Positions 11,632 through 26,364 are shown, numbered from the stretch's first letter. The stretch: DNA of 64,000 nt from Euglena gracilis (GCA_039621445.1 CP154954.1:39703816-39767815); one strand, 5' to 3'. The notes: generated by a model from the letters alone, not told the origin. Translations and numbers: made by a program.

Positions 11632-14600
11632 AACAGGCAACCGGAAACAGGGAGGTTGAGGCGTAATACCTCAGGCGTGTGGGGTACCGTCTCTGTCGGG
11701 TTTTCCCGCGGAGGGGTTGGTACGCCTGTTGTACTCAGCGAGGTCGGCGAGAGCGGTACAGGTGAAAACTCACCTGCCGGTGCTGCCGGTTCCTGGGCCA
11801 TTTCCGCCACAGTATCCAGCATCACTACCGATGGGCTACGGGTTTACCGTGCCGGAGGTTCTACTGGCTGAGGTTCAGCCTCGGCCATGGGAACTGCTTC
11901 TTCCTCCTGTTCTTCTTCCTCCTCCGCTTCCGGAGGGGATTCCTCGGTACGCAGCTGTGCTGCAGAACGCGGGCCTTCCCGGCTCTGTAGCACACTTGTG
12001 CGTCTGACAGGCCGTAAAGGCTTATACTTTCACTCCTGTCAGAGTTCGGGTATGGCATTGGCCACGTCGCTCGTACCCAGCTTCTGGTCAGAGGGTAGGG
12101 CTCTTTGTCCTCGATCATGCAGAGGTCTTCCTACTGCTGTCGACATTTCTCGCTCGCGCCATATTCTCGTGTGTCTTCCAGGAAGGCGAGCAGCGGCAAC
12201 GCATAACGAGGGACTTCCCCTTCGTGCGCCGCGAAAAACACCTGGAAATAATCCCAGACCAGGATATTCCCGGACTTGGTGCCCAGATGTTCCTGGAGGC
12301 CGATTTCGGCCTCTTCTCAGTCTGGACCCAGGTTCATCATGCGTTGATCCGAATCATGGGGTCTCGCTTCCACCTCGGTGTAGACCCAAGGTAACCACTT
12401 TCTGTGGATATCCACATCACCGGTCATGTGCTCCAGGAAATAAATGTAGACCTCCTGGACGTAGGTAATCCACGCCCGGTGCCAGTATTGTTGCTGCAGA
12501 AATATTTTCTGCCGGTGCTGTTTCAGCACCTTTCGGTCTTGTGTCCCTATCTGGGGATTTCGGCACTGATGCAGGAGGAATCTCCTGGTCAGCTGGCTAC
12601 CGGCATTCTCGGCAGTCGGAGGCGTTTTTCCGCGCTCCCCGAAACCCCAGAAGTCAACAACGTGAACTTCTTTGCAGAACGGGCATTCCAGTTTGTACCG
12701 GTAGGGGTACGCGAGGTCCACATCCAGGAACTTGAACAGCGTGCCATACATGCTGTCCAAGTATACCCTGGAGGTTGTTCGTGAACATTACGGCAGCCTG
12801 CGCCTGGAGTTTCTCCGGCAGGGGGTAACGTTTCCACTGTATTCCCAGTGCTCCGACGGAGTGCATATGGTTGAACATATCCTTCAACTGCGCGACGAAC
12901 GTTTCGCTGTCTTCGCATGTATTCATGCAATCGACATATGTCAGACCGTGTCGGTCGGTAAACATGCCGAAATTCTGGCAGGGGTATCCCAACCAGAACC
13001 ACAGCTCCCACAAATCGGGCATCCGGTCCAGGACAACTTCATTCGAATGAGGGTATCCCTCAAAAGCATGAAGCTCGGAGCTGTAGAAGAAACGTTTGCA
13101 GTGATCGAACATATGATCCTGCACCACTTGGAGCACCGCTTCCGGTGATCGGTGGATCACGCTTCCTACTTGCGTGTACATCTTGAGATCTTCGTCGATT
13201 TTCGACCAGATCTCATCCAGATAATTGAACACCAGGTCCACATCATAATCCTTCGTTTTCGAAAGTTCGGCGGCTTTTCTGCCTTTTCCCGCTGGGGATC
13301 CGGCAGATTTTCCGCCTTTACCTGGAGCTGGCTAGGCGGCTTTTCCGCCTGTGCCAGGTGGGGCTTTCCCACCATTCTCCGGGGCTTTCCCACCCTTTTT
13401 CTGGCCTTTAGCTTTCCCCTTACCCTTGCCCTTTCCTTTACCCTTACTCTTACCCGCCAGCCATCTGAATGTCGCCAAGTAATCTGGGTTAATGTATTCC
13501 CAGTATTCTGGGTCTTCTGGCGTCAACACAGGGTAATACACGGATTCCGTGCTTGGTGTCCGGGCAAATTCCTGCTCAGCGTCACCACGATTCGAGTAAA
13601 CCGGTGCGATAGGGGGTGGTCGGGTTTCCCGACGTGCCCGATCTGCCGCCACATCTGGCGCCGGCGAGGCTTCCTCGCCAGCGTCGAGATGCATCGCTGC
13701 GGGCGGATTTTCCGACCTCGGCGAACGGCGCTGTGGCTGCGGCGTCAGATTTTCTGGGCCGCGGTCACGCTTGCCGACGGCAGAGCTGGTGGGTCGTGCT
13801 GCTGGCGCTTCCGCCACAGCAACATCCCGCTGTCGCACTGGTTGACCCGATCGTGATGGTGGGGGAACTCCTGTGAGAGCTGTCACAGCAGCATCATACT
13901 GCTCGCGCTCCTCCCATGTCATTTCCGCCCGGTCAGGTTATTCCTGTCCGGCGGAAACAGGTGGACGACGTGCGATTTGTCTCTGAACCATCACAGCATA
14001 TTCATACTGCTGACGCTCCTCTTCGGAGGTGAATTCTGGGCCAGTCCGCAGGTTCCCGGGTTCATCCCGTTCCTGCTGGACCGGCGCGCGAGGCGCTGCT
14101 GCGGCTTCCCGCGAGCGAGCGCTTCGGGCACTGTCAGACGTCGCGGGAGGGTTTCCCTCCGCTGGGCGTCTTGGAATAGGGTCAGGAATGGTGGGGTGGG
14201 GTGGTGGTGGATACACATATTGATCCCGCTGGCTTGGTCTGTCCGCATAAACAGACGCAGGTGCCGTTCACTGGGGATAATCCCCACAGACGGCATACTG
14301 AGACACATGCTCCTGCGCGGGGTAATCCCGCCGGGGCATATGCGCTCAGGGGATCGGGAATTACCCTCCTTCTCGCGTGGGTGTTCACTCCGGACAGGTG
14401 CTTCCCCTGTCTCTTCCTCGGGTTATCCGGGGGAGTGAGCACGAAAGTGTGCAGTGTAAGTGCCAACCGGTGGTATCTGCGGTGCTACCTGTGGCGTGAC
14501 TTCCACGCCCAGGTCACGCATAGTGATATCTTTTGTAAAGCCTGATGCAGCCGAATCGGTGTAATACACCGAATTGGTCATCATCGCTTGGGCGCACATA

Positions 14601-14968
14601 CACCACAAGGCTGGAGGGGTGTGTGCGATTGTCAAAATTTGACGGCGGTGGTTATCCCACAATGCCTGTGTGAGTTGGTCTGGTGCGGGGTTTGCGCTAA
14701 TACGCATCACCCGGTTCATCGTCTCCGCCGTGTGGTGTATCATCACACCAGCATACGGTGGGAGGCGACGGGGGCCTGTTGGCTGAGATGACCGCGCTTC
14801 CTCGGGCATCTGGGTCAACCTGCTACTGCTGCTGGCTTCAGGGTTTCCCTGAGCCGCAGTCCGTACAGCTGGGTGTGTACCGTATCGGTACGCATATTGG
14901 TCAGGCTGTGGGTTAGTGGTGGGGTGGTAAGGCGGTCCTCCACCTGGGTCCCTTCCACCGGGCAGCAT
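11632..14968 (-). pseudogene. Accessory ORF, N-terminal ~1100 codons (element A copy 1; frameshifted)
   Basis: Copy of 7154-10490 shifted by 4478 bp. Confidence 0.88.
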
Positions 14969-15137
14969 GTTACCGCCCGGGGTCGGGTCGGTTATTTAGC
15001 TTAGTTGTTGGCTGTGGGGTGGTACGGGTAACTTACCCTGCTTGACAATTCACTGGTAAAAAAAATTCTGCGGAAAGAAAGAATGAGAAGAATTAATGAT
15101 AAAAGAAAATAAAACAATATGGGTTTCCCATGAGTTC

Positions 15138-18135
15138 TCAAAAACTTGTTACAGAAACATAAGTTTTATGCTTCTTGTTCCACAGCTTCCACTCTTGCTG
15201 GACATACCCAACAAAACTGGTTGCTGGCTCCCAAGTGTCCTCCTCGGGCCCATACCCTTTCCAGCGGACTTTCCAAAGGTGCATACCTTTATCGAGTTTG
15301 TGATCGATGATTTTATCGACTACAAAATCGTCCGTCTCAGGTAATCTGGGACGGGGCTTGAAATGCAAGCACGGGATGGGAATTTTTTCCGGTGGTGACA
15401 GGTATGGTTTGCAGTCGTCCATATGAACGTCCTCAACACCATTCGGTAATGCAACCTTATATCGCCAGCTGGTACCTAGTCTTTCTAAAATTTCACAGGG
15501 TCCGAGCCAAGGGGGGTCCAGCTTGGAAGGCCCGCATGCGAGTACGGCTACTCCGTACCCACACGCGGTCACCGGGACTATACACAGGTGACTTGAAATG
15601 CTGCAAAAACGATTTCCGTTTATTTGCATGAATATCAGTTATTCGCTTCTGGACTGCAGAACGTACATTTTCTACTTCCGCAAACCAGGTCTCGCAAATG
15701 ACACTCTTTCGGTCGGGTCTCTCCGAAGGGACATCCCCTATAGCCGGAGGGTCCCGTCCGAAAACTAGTTTATAGGGGGAGTGAGGTAAAACCAGCCCTG
15801 GTAAGGTACTGATATAAAATAAAGACCATGGTAGCACTGATATCCAGTTGCTGCGCGAGTCAGCCAGTGAAAGGCGAAGCACATTCACGACGGATTTCAC
15901 GGCTGCCTCGGCTCTACCATCGCCTTTGGGTCGGTATATAATGGAAAAATGTTGCTCGATTCCGAGTAAACCGCATAAGGTGGTGAAAAACGTTGAAGAA
16001 ATCAAATGGTGTTGATCACTCAAAATTTCATTCGGTAAAGCATTTATGCAAATGCATTTCTCCAAAAATATAACCGCCAAACTTTGGGCCGTCAACCCTG
16101 ACTTCTGGCGTGGAATGGCTACAATGTACCCACTCCGCCGGCAGACGACAACAAAAACGTAATCATAATTTTTGTCGTCTGTTCCTTTGCACGGTTCTAA
16201 TTCCAGAAAATCCATGCAGAGGGATGTAAAACTGTCAGGGGGTACGGGGAAAAAGTCCATCGTATTAGGGGGGTACCTCTGCGGGGTTTCACCGCTTGAC
16301 AAATTTGACACCGTTGTGCTCTCTGCAAACAGCGTGAGTAGAGCTCTTTTTCGAGCAGGGTTGTACATTACCTGCGGTTCACCAACGAGAGAAGTTTGGG
16401 CGCCCCAGGGTGACCATGGTTGTGATAGCACAAAATCACATCATCAACCAGGTCCTGGGGGATACAATATTTGTAACCCGATTCATCGCGAAAAACCAAC
16501 CGTAAAGGTGAAAGAGTGTAATTTTTCAGCACTTCGCCATTGCGAAGTCTGGTGAAAGTGGTGTCATACACCGGATCACGACTATAATACAATTCACGAA
16601 AGAAAAGTGGGGAAGGGGACTCCGTGCGCGTAATACGCCGAGGTCCGGACGTGCTTCCACGTCGGCGCCTTCCGTGCACTGCTGCGACCAGGAATGGTTG
16701 TGAAACGGGAAAATAATCCAAAAGATTGTCCGCATCGTCGTTTTGACGTGCGTACTCGTCAGCTTCCTGACTTCCATGAAAAGTCGCGTCTCCGTCATCC
16801 GGGTTCCCAGGTTAATACCAAGGGGCCCGACTGAGCGGATCCGCTACTTTTTGTGTATGACCAGGGGTATAAATGACAACAGGGTTGAACTAACTCAAGA
16901 ACTCATGCCATCTGCATCGCCTTCCGACCGATGACATGGTTCAGATCCTCGGTGTACCAGTGTTGGAGACTCTCATGATCGGTCTTGACGAGGATTTGGA
17001 CGAGGCTGCTGGCAACCCAGCTTCGGAATTTCTGGACTAAAAGCACGATTGCGTAGGTTTCCTTCTCGCGGGTACTCCGTTTGACTTGACCTTTGCCGTC
17101 ATCGCCCTGTAACTTTCTGCTGAAGAAAGCTACAGGTCAGAGTTCATTTGCCGCATTATGCTGACTAAGAACTCCGCCAACAGCGTAATCACTGCTGTCG
17201 TATTCCAGCACATGGGGTTTGTACGGGTCCGCGATTTCGAGGACAACATTCTCCAAAAGCAAAACCTTGATTTTCTCAAGGGCCTCGCGCATTTGGTCAT
17301 CCCAAATGACTTTGGTGTTGTCAACAGCCCGGTTTTCGAGCTGTTTGGTGAGGGGCACCGCGATTTTGGCGAAGTCCTTCATATAAATCGTGTAGCATTG
17401 GGCTAATCCCAAAAATCTTTTGAGGTGAGGAATCGTTTTGATTATCTCAGGGTTCCACTTCTTAATGGCTTCTGTTTTGCTTGCCGCGGCTTTCCGCTGT
17501 CCATTGGTGAGGATGTGTCCGCAAAATTTTATAATTTTGCGAAACAGATTCATTTTCGCCCCTTTCGTGAAAAGCATATGTTTCAGAAAAAAGGTTAAGA
17601 CCGCGCAAACATGGTGGAAGTGTGTGTCGAGGATATCCTCGCTCGATTTTAAGGATGGTGGTGGTCTTCCTACCAGCACATCATCAATGTACACAGTAGC
17701 GAACGGTAAATCGCGTAAAAACCATTGAATCATCCGTTTAAACATGGCTGGGCCATTCTTAACACCCATGAGGATAACTGTCCATTGGTACACACCCTTC
17801 GATGTCACGAATGCCGTGTATGATTGGGAGTCAGGGTGCAAGTGAATTTTGTGAAAGCCGTCATCCAGATCGAAAATTGACCACAAACGGTTTTCCGATT
17901 GCTTGGTGATCAGATCCTCGATCAGGGGGAGCGGTAAGTGATCATACCTTGTTTGGGAGTTCAGATACCGGTAATCCAGCACCAGCCTGCATTTCTTCTG
18001 ACCTGATGGTTCTGGGGGTTTAGGAACGACAAATGCCTGGGATGTCCACTCCCTTTTCGAGGGTACCATCCATTTGCGCTGAATAAACTTCTCAATCCTT
18101 TCATTGAGAGCCTGTTCGCGTTCTCCTGGGCAACC
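15138..18135 (-). pseudogene. pol: pol of element A: RT-RNase H-integrase-chromodomain, several frameshifts, 5'-truncated at RT start
   Basis: [47 protein letters not shown], chromodomain; Gypsy domain order. Confidence 0.95.
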
Positions 18136-18143
18136 CCCCTCAG

Positions 18144-18151
18144 CCTTCATT

Positions 18152-18208
<57 letters not shown>

Positions 18209-20200
18209 CGTTCTCCAAAAGCGTGCACATCTGCATGTCTGTGGATTATATTGCAACCTGAGGGAGGCAACAACCTCAAAAATGACCCTTCAGTGACCCC
18301 TGCAAACACCACGCTGGGGTTGAGGTGGGGGTAAACCATGCTTCCATTCCACCATCATATGCCCCCCCCACACACGTGTCCATCGCAGCGTTCAGTGCAC
18401 ACTCCTGGGGGTGCGTACTAGCGTCCACGGTTGAGGGCAACCCAGAACCGGTGAGATGCCGCGGGGGGGAGCAGGGGGCACTGAATTGGCTGCGATGGCT
18501 GCTGCAACAGCACCATGGCTCAAGGGTGCACTGGAGGTGGTTGCCGAGTCCAGGCCGGCCTGAGTGCACCGAGGGGGGAAAAAAACAAAACAAAATTCTT
18601 AGAAAAAATTCTCGTCGTGACGCAGGGGAGATGGGCACATACCTCTCTTTAAGGACTCCGGGGGGGTTTGCTGGGCTAGGGCTAGAAATTTGGGCTGGCT
18701 AGCCCGCCCCTCCCCCAGGGGGGGTATTGGCCCCGCTGGACTGAAATCGGAAAAATGCTCAAAAATGACCTGTAAAATATAATTTTGAAAAAATGATGCA
18801 TCCGAAACCCCCCCAAAATACCCCAAACGTCCCCCAAACCCCATTTTTGGCCACTTTTGAACACAGTTTTTCAAAAAATTTCGGCGCTTTGGCCGAAAAA
18901 ATTCTGGGCTGGACCCCCAAACAAGGGGCTGGCTAGCTTGGCTAGCAACGCCCCCGGGGGGGGGGGGTGCTGCTGCGGCTGGGCTGGGCCCAAATCGGGG
19001 CCCGGCTGCAGGCGCCCCCCACGGGGGTTCGCAAAACCTTAGAGAGATGTATGGATGGGCATCCACAAATCGCCACGCATGATTCCCACTCAACTAGGCC
19101 GGGACTCCCCCCCCCCGGGTCACAAATTTCAAAAAAACACTCTGGGCTAGATTTGACTGTGGGTGGAGTGGGGTGGGGGTGCGGCGGTCCTTAAGCAAAT
19201 ATGAAAAAAACCTCCGCTGTCCCAGGACACTCAGGGAAAATATACAGGAAATGGGCAAGAAATTTTGGCATTTCTCGGCGAGCACCAGTCAACATAACAC
19301 CCAGCGTCTGAAATGTTTGCCCACGGCTGGCAAAAAGATTCGCCCCAACCAGTCAGAATTTTCGCCCAGTGCCCTCAAAAAAAATTGCCCAAAAGCATCA
19401 AATTTTTTTTACTGCACCGCCAAAAATGTTTGCACTTCCTCAAAAAATATTTGCCCTCCGTCCTTTTATATTTGAACAATGAAAAAAGGCCTTATTTTAC
19501 TTATTTATGTTTATTGTGTTCGATCAACGTATAGTTGGTGAACACCCTATTTGCCCTAAGCCAACAGGAGGCCTTGTGCGACAGCCAAAATGGCCAAAAA
19601 GGATGGACACGGTTCAAAATTTGGTCAGAAATAACCTGAAATGACACAAAATGCCCAGCATTTCCTAGAGCTATCAAAAACATTTGATAGATTTGATATC
19701 CTAAAAATCATTGACAATCTGCCAAAAACTGTTCAAAACGAAGCCTCAATGGATCGAACATCAAAAAATCATCAAAAAATCCAATGACCATGAATTGGCC
19801 CGAAAAAAATTCAGAAATGCAAAAAAAAACTGCCTGAAATGGTGGAAAACCAGCCAAAAATGGCTCCAATGGCAGAAATTTTGCTAATCATTTCCAATTT
19901 TTTGGGGGGGTTTACGTGCAAGGTGCCCACACATGCAATGTTTTTCTTTGCAAAGAAAAATCATCACCATACATCGCGTCGCTGTGTCTCTTTTTTCCAA
20001 CGTTGAGTGTAACGAAATACACTCAATGAGTAATGCATTTGTGATGGTCAAAATTTTTCACAACCGTGAATGCATGCGCAAAATCCAAAACAAAAATTGG
20101 CCTTTGGAAATGTTAAAAAACTCCTTTGATTTTTCGTCCTTTGGAAATGTCAAAAAAACTCCTTTCTTTGATTTTTCGCAAAACCACGTGTTGGCAGTGG
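18144..20200 (-). repeat. Right arm of ~2.07-kb inverted repeat (partner 1782-3853), includes (GT)n at ~18154-18204
   Basis: Direct reverse-complement comparison. Confidence 0.95.
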
Positions 20201-20207
20201 CCCCAAG

Positions 20208-20335
20208 GAGGGGGGGTGTTATTTTGGGGGGGTGTTATTTTTATATGGAAAATCAAAGGAAAACAGGAGGGTGTGTTATTTTGGGCGCTCGAAATCGGCA
20301 TCTGAGGGGGGGGGGTGTTATTTGGGGGGGGGGTT
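20208..20335 (+). repeat. Four copies of GGGGTGTTATTT(T)GGG motif
   Basis: Visible at ~20211, 20229, 20268 and 20311. Confidence 0.7.
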
Positions 20336-20522
20336 TGGATGCTGTGGTCGAAAAAACGGTTTTCATGAGGGGGGGCTTTGCACAAGGTGTGTCTCCAAAT
20401 AAAAAGATCCGATCAGATCCGGTCCCTGCAGCCATTTTCAGCCGGTCTTTGTTGTTGGTTGGTTGGCACTTCCACTCTGCCAAAATCCAGTCATTTACCC
20501 TGGGGGGGGGGACTGGGCATAG

Positions 20523-21670
20523 GATTTTTTTTAAAACCTATTTTCTGGGCCCGACGCCTGTCTTGAAATTCTACTGACATTAACGGATTTCAGGCTCAAA
20601 TTGTTTATGTCGGTCGATTTCCATTCAGGCGCCCGTTTATGTCAGTCGATTTCCATTCAGGCGCCCGTTTATGTCGGTCGATTTCCATTCAGGCGCCCGT
20701 TTATGACAGTCGATTTCCACTCCATTACAATCTGTTGCTAGTCAAATTGGAAATTTTTATTCATTTTTTGGAAATTTTGTATTTCCATTTTTTTCGACAT
20801 TTTTGGTCCTATGGGGTTGTGGAGGAGTTATGGATCAGACAAAAACCAAATTTACTGGCCAGGTGATCACAGCTGGCTGAACTTTGGATGGAACAGACGG
20901 AAGGACGGTACTTAAGATTATTATTTTCTGGATCTTCAGAAAAAGCATTCGGCATATTTGTCTTGAACCAGTTGTCATCACTGGTCACCTAAGACAAAAG
21001 CTTTCGGATGAAGAGTTATTTGGCAATGTCAACCCTATTTTCTGGGCTCACCTGTATTGCAATTACATTGACATCATCGGATTTCGGGCCAAGGCTGTGT
21101 TCATAGCAAAAAGCTGTGTTCATGGCTTTGGTCAAAATCTGTGTTTGTAATAAAACGCAGACTCTGGCCTGAGCCTTTGTTTCGAAACGCTGAGTCTGTT
21201 ATCCGGCCTGAGTCTGCGTTTCGAAACGCAGACTCGGGTCAAAGTCTGCGTTTAAGAATCAGTTCTTGATATAGAGATTCAGAAAAAGAAAAAGGAATTC
21301 CGAAAAAAAGAGACAAAATGTTGGTCAACATTAACAGGTTTCAGGCTGAAACTGTAAATGTCCCAAAACGGAACAAAAAGGCATTCAAAAAGGAAACAAA
21401 AGGTTGGTCGATTTCCAAGACATCGGAAACGGTTTATGTAAGTCGATTTCCATTCAGGCGCCTGTTTATGACAGTCGATTTCCATTCAGGCGCGCCCGTT
21501 TATGTCGGTCGATTTCCATTCAGGCACCGTTTATGTCAGTCTATTTCCATTCAGGCGCCCGTTGATGGGCCAAAAACCACTTTTTTGACCATATTTCCAT
21601 CCAGGCGGTTCGGTCAAATGAATATCAAGACAGGCGTCGGGCCCAGACAAAGTAGGTTTTTAGAAAAATC
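20523..21670. mobile_element. Non-autonomous TIR element (MITE-like) with subterminal 32-bp tandem repeats
   Basis: Perfect 23-bp inverted core 20544-20566 / 21625-21647; GTTTATGTCGGTCGATTTCCATTCAGGCGCCC tandem at 20603-20718 and 21432-21562. Confidence 0.75.
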
Positions 21671-23289
21671 GACCGACACTAACAGATTCAGCAGGGGCGC
21701 CGGGCGGCTCGCTTCGCTCGGCGCAAAGCAAAGGATTTTGGCATCAGGGGGCGCGGGAAAATATTTGCTGTGCCTTTTAAGAAAATTTAGCTCTCAGGTG
21801 CCAATCTGCAGGGGCTTCCGCGGGGACTCCAATAGACCCCAAAAAAGTTCCGGTGCGGAGGGAGGGAGTCCAGCCCCCCGCAAAGTGAAGATAAACTACT
21901 CACACGGAAACCCAAAACTCCTCCCCACACGCGCACACCTCATCTTCGCCGTTGTGGCCGGGCGCAGGCCGCTCCGGCCCGCCCGCCTCCGCCACTCTGC
22001 CGGCGGCTGCGGCGGGGCTGCCTCGCGGGGCTGCCTTCTGGCGACCCCGGCGTGGCCCATCCCAGAATGCAAAGTTTCTCTGTGAACGGCTTCGGACCTC
22101 CTTTCAACCCATGCTGCCCCCACCAAAACATTTGACTGGCCGTTTGAAAAAAGGCCCACCCAGACTAGACACACAGCCACCACTGAGGGCCCCTTTCCCA
22201 CAGGGGGCTGGGTTCTGGTGAAACCAACTTTCTTCGTTGTGGAAATGCATTGCTGCAACAAAATAAAAGACAAAATATGCGGCGACCGTCAACGCAGCCA
22301 GCGTTGTCTGCCCCGGCCCAATGCCACCCACCACCAAACATCAGGTGACACATCAACATGGGTAAGTGGATCAAAGCAAATGCATGGCATGGCGAGGCAC
22401 TTATCATCCAATGCCGGAACCTAAACCTCATCCAATGGCCTTGTTTCTGGCATGACCCAAGGAACAAACAGAGTGGCCAAAATAAAGCAGGCACAAGATG
22501 TGAGGAGCAGAAAAGCATTGGTGGAACCTCAACCTTCCCAAAACACACATTTGGCTGCCTTTACAGCCAAAGTAAGGTGAGCAGGGCCCAATGCAGACAA
22601 GGTGGCCACTGCGAAGCGGAAAGAGGCCCAAAGCAGCCAAAGCTGAACCACGGCAAGTGCAGAGCCAAAGCCCTCAAGACAGGCCCAAGGTGGCAAACCT
22701 GTTTCAAAGCTGCTGAAGCGCTGCAGAACGACGCAAGACCGCGTCAAAGGAGGTGGCCAGTGTGACCGAAGGAAGAAGGGCAGAAAGAGCAAAGCAGCCG
22801 GAGGAAAGCAGGCCAAGAAAACACGGCCAGAAGCAGTTGACCATTGGCTACCACAAACCACTTTTTTCCCCCGCTGTCTGGCTCGGGATCATAAATGCAT
22901 CTCCGGGACATCAGGTGTCTGGTGGTGGGGTGGCATATGGGCAGGCTGCAACCGTGCCCATATGGGGAAAAATAAAAAAAACCCTTCTCAAAACTTGACA
23001 GCATTGACTGCACCCCCCAGTGTTGTGTTTGCAAAAATTTACAAAACATTGACAACAGGACAAACCACGGACAAACTGAAAGGGGTGTGTGCCCCCCCCT
23101 CCTGCACCTTGGTGACAAATTAACCGCCTGACCCACCATGGCCTCACGACACCTCAGCCAAATGAAACCAACCCTGTAATGATTGGGACGCCAGGTGTGA
23201 AAGCGAGCGGGAGGTGCTGTTGCTCCTGCGCTCCTGTCGCTGCTGCTGCTGCCGCCGAATGCCTCCATTGCCCCTTGGCAACATGCCCC

Positions 23290-24206
<917 letters not shown>

Positions 24207-24600
24207 GGATGGGGAACGGGTCCTCGGGCGGCTCGGTCGCACTTCCACTCTTCAAAAAAAAACAGAAATTCACACACGGGGGACTAAGACCGGGGGGTCC
24301 CCCCCATGGGCCCCACACACTTTTCTATGAAATTGACCAAAAAATAAAGAAAACCCTAAAAAAAATGGCTCCTGCCTTCGGCGCCGAAAAATATATCCCG
24401 GGGGGGCGGGCGGTTGGCCAGACCCAACCACCCACCCTACCCCCCCACTCAGCGTCCAAGACTAAAAGCACTCCAGACTGGGCAAAACAACAAAGAATCA
24501 CTTTGGAGATAAAAAACCAGTCAGTCCTCCGCCGCAAAAAAGCAGACCCAGCAATGGGGCTGGCAAGCTGGGATTCAACCCCCTCCCACCCCGCACAATC

Positions 24601-25158
24601 AAACTAGAGCTCTTGACAGCATAACAGCATTGCCACACCTTCTCGGGGAAGAACCGTTGGTGCGCAGGGATGTATGGGAAGCCGAGGGGGAGTACAACAC
24701 CCCGCCCCTGCGTCCAAAGATGGAGGGGGGAGGGATCATATGGACTGTCAAAAGGCCGGATGGCAAACAAAACCTGTTCAACAACAGTGTTTTGATTCTT
24801 CTCTAAAACAGACAGAAAGAATGCGCATTTCTAACCATTTTTTTCCCCTTCCGGAAAACATCAAAGTACTGACAATGTGGAAATTCCTGAAAAATGAGGG
24901 GGGGAGCAAATTTTGCATTTTCCTGAGATGCAGCGCTGGCAGAAAACTGTCCGATGATTTTGCAACCAGAGGGGTCTGGACCCAACCGCCTTGGGGGGCA
25001 CCCTGCAGCCCATTGGGAGGCAGGTGGTTGGGACCCCCGCCAACCCACCATCTACCCCAAAATGAAGGGCTTCCCATACATCCCTGGGGTGCGGGTACTG
25101 CGCCTTGTTGTTGGGGAACGCCCAGAGCATCGGGACATTCTCAAAACAGGGCTTGAAA
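24601..25158 (-). repeat. Diverged inverted copy of 509-1042
   Basis: See 509-1042. Confidence 0.9.
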
Positions 25159-25625
25159 GCTATCCTGCCACTTCTGCCGCGCCAGCAGCCAGCGGTGGCG
25201 CTGCTTGCCGCCTGGCATCCCCCAAAGTGTGTCCCGCAGAACACAAAACCCCACAAAAAAGCACAACAAAAAGCAAAAATGCCGTCTGATAACGTTGCCG
25301 AACCTGCAAGCAGAATTGCTCCGAAAACAACACAAGCGAAATATACACAAAACCACCACGGAACTTGTGGGTGGCCCAATACTGACCACCATCAAACATC
25401 AGCAGGGCTGTCAAGATGGGTCGGTTCCGTCGCAATGCAATTGCTGGCCAGGCACCTATAACCTGCACCTGAATTTTTGCACCACCTATTCAATAGAAAT
25501 CACCAAGAAGGGCATTTGCTTTGGTAATGTAGCTTGTGGCAGCGCTTTGCCAAACTGAGATCATCTCTCACAACAAACATTCTGCCGCCTTGGGCACTCA
25601 CCGCCCTGATTGCTTGCACCGGACC

Positions 25626-26364
25626 GGCCATTTGTTTGCATCGGCCTTGCCGGTCATTTGCTTGCTTTGGCCATGCTGGCAGCCATTTGCTTGCTTCGGC
25701 CACACCACCAGACATTTGATTGCTTCGGCCACTGGCAACCATTTGCTTCCTTGGCCACACCGGCCATTTGCTTGCTTCGGCCGCGCTAACACCCATTCAG
25801 CAACGTGCCACTAGCTTGATTCTGCCGCCCTAGCAGCCATGCTGGCAGCCATTTGCCTGCTTCGGCAGCACTAGCAACCATTTGCTTGCTTCGGCCACAC
25901 CGGCCATTTGCTTGCTTCGGCCGCACCAGCAGCCCTTTGCTTGCTTCGGCCGCACCAGCAGCCATCTGCTTGCTTCGGCCGCACTGACCAGCCATTTGCA
26001 TGCTTCGGCCGCACCAGCAGCCCTTTGATTGCTTCGGCCGCAGTAGCAGCCATTTGCTTGGTTCAGCCGCACCAGCAGCCATTTGCTTGCTTCGGCCGCA
26101 CTAGCCGCCATTTAGTTGCTTCGGCCGCACTAGCAGCCATTTGCTTGCTACGGACGCAAGAGCAGACAGTTGCTTCCTTCGGCCGCACTAGCGGCCATTT
26201 GCTTGCATCGGCCGCCGTAGCAGCCATTTTTTTTTGCTTGCTTCGGCCGCACCAGCAGTCAGGTGCTTGCATCGGCCACACCGGCCATTTGCTTACTTCA
26301 GCCGCACCAGCGGTCATTTGCTTACTTCGGCCGCCGGTGAAGCCATTTGCTTGCTTCGGCCGCG
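25626..26364 (+). repeat. 29-bp (26-bp variant) minisatellite GCCATTTGCTTGCTTCGGCCGCACCAGCA, left part
   Basis: Over 20 degenerate tandem units. Confidence 0.97.

Larger units (their letters stand above)
6234..16109. repeat. Direct tandem array, period 4478 bp, ~2.2 copies
   Basis: 6234=10712=15190 and 7153=11631=16109; ORFs recur at exactly +4478 with only scattered substitutions. Confidence 0.98.
5620..18135 (-). mobile_element. Element A: truncated Ty3/Gypsy chromodomain LTR retrotransposon with internal tandem amplification; no LTRs or gag seen
   Basis: RT (LVLDYRYLN, YIDD at 17680-17691), RNase H ([11 protein letters not shown]), integrase, chromodomain, and accessory ORF homologous to that of element B. 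Confidence 0.93.

Noticed and set aside
17137-18339. 400-aa RT protein with novel N-terminus
   Set aside because: The first ~68 aa come from the adjacent repeat and GT tract fused by chance to the truncated RT
20603-21562. CRISPR-like 32-bp repeats starting GTTT
   Set aside because: Units are directly adjacent with no spacers
22100-22900. Possible host exon or transposase remnant
   Set aside because: Coding-like composition but no recognisable motif or consistent frame
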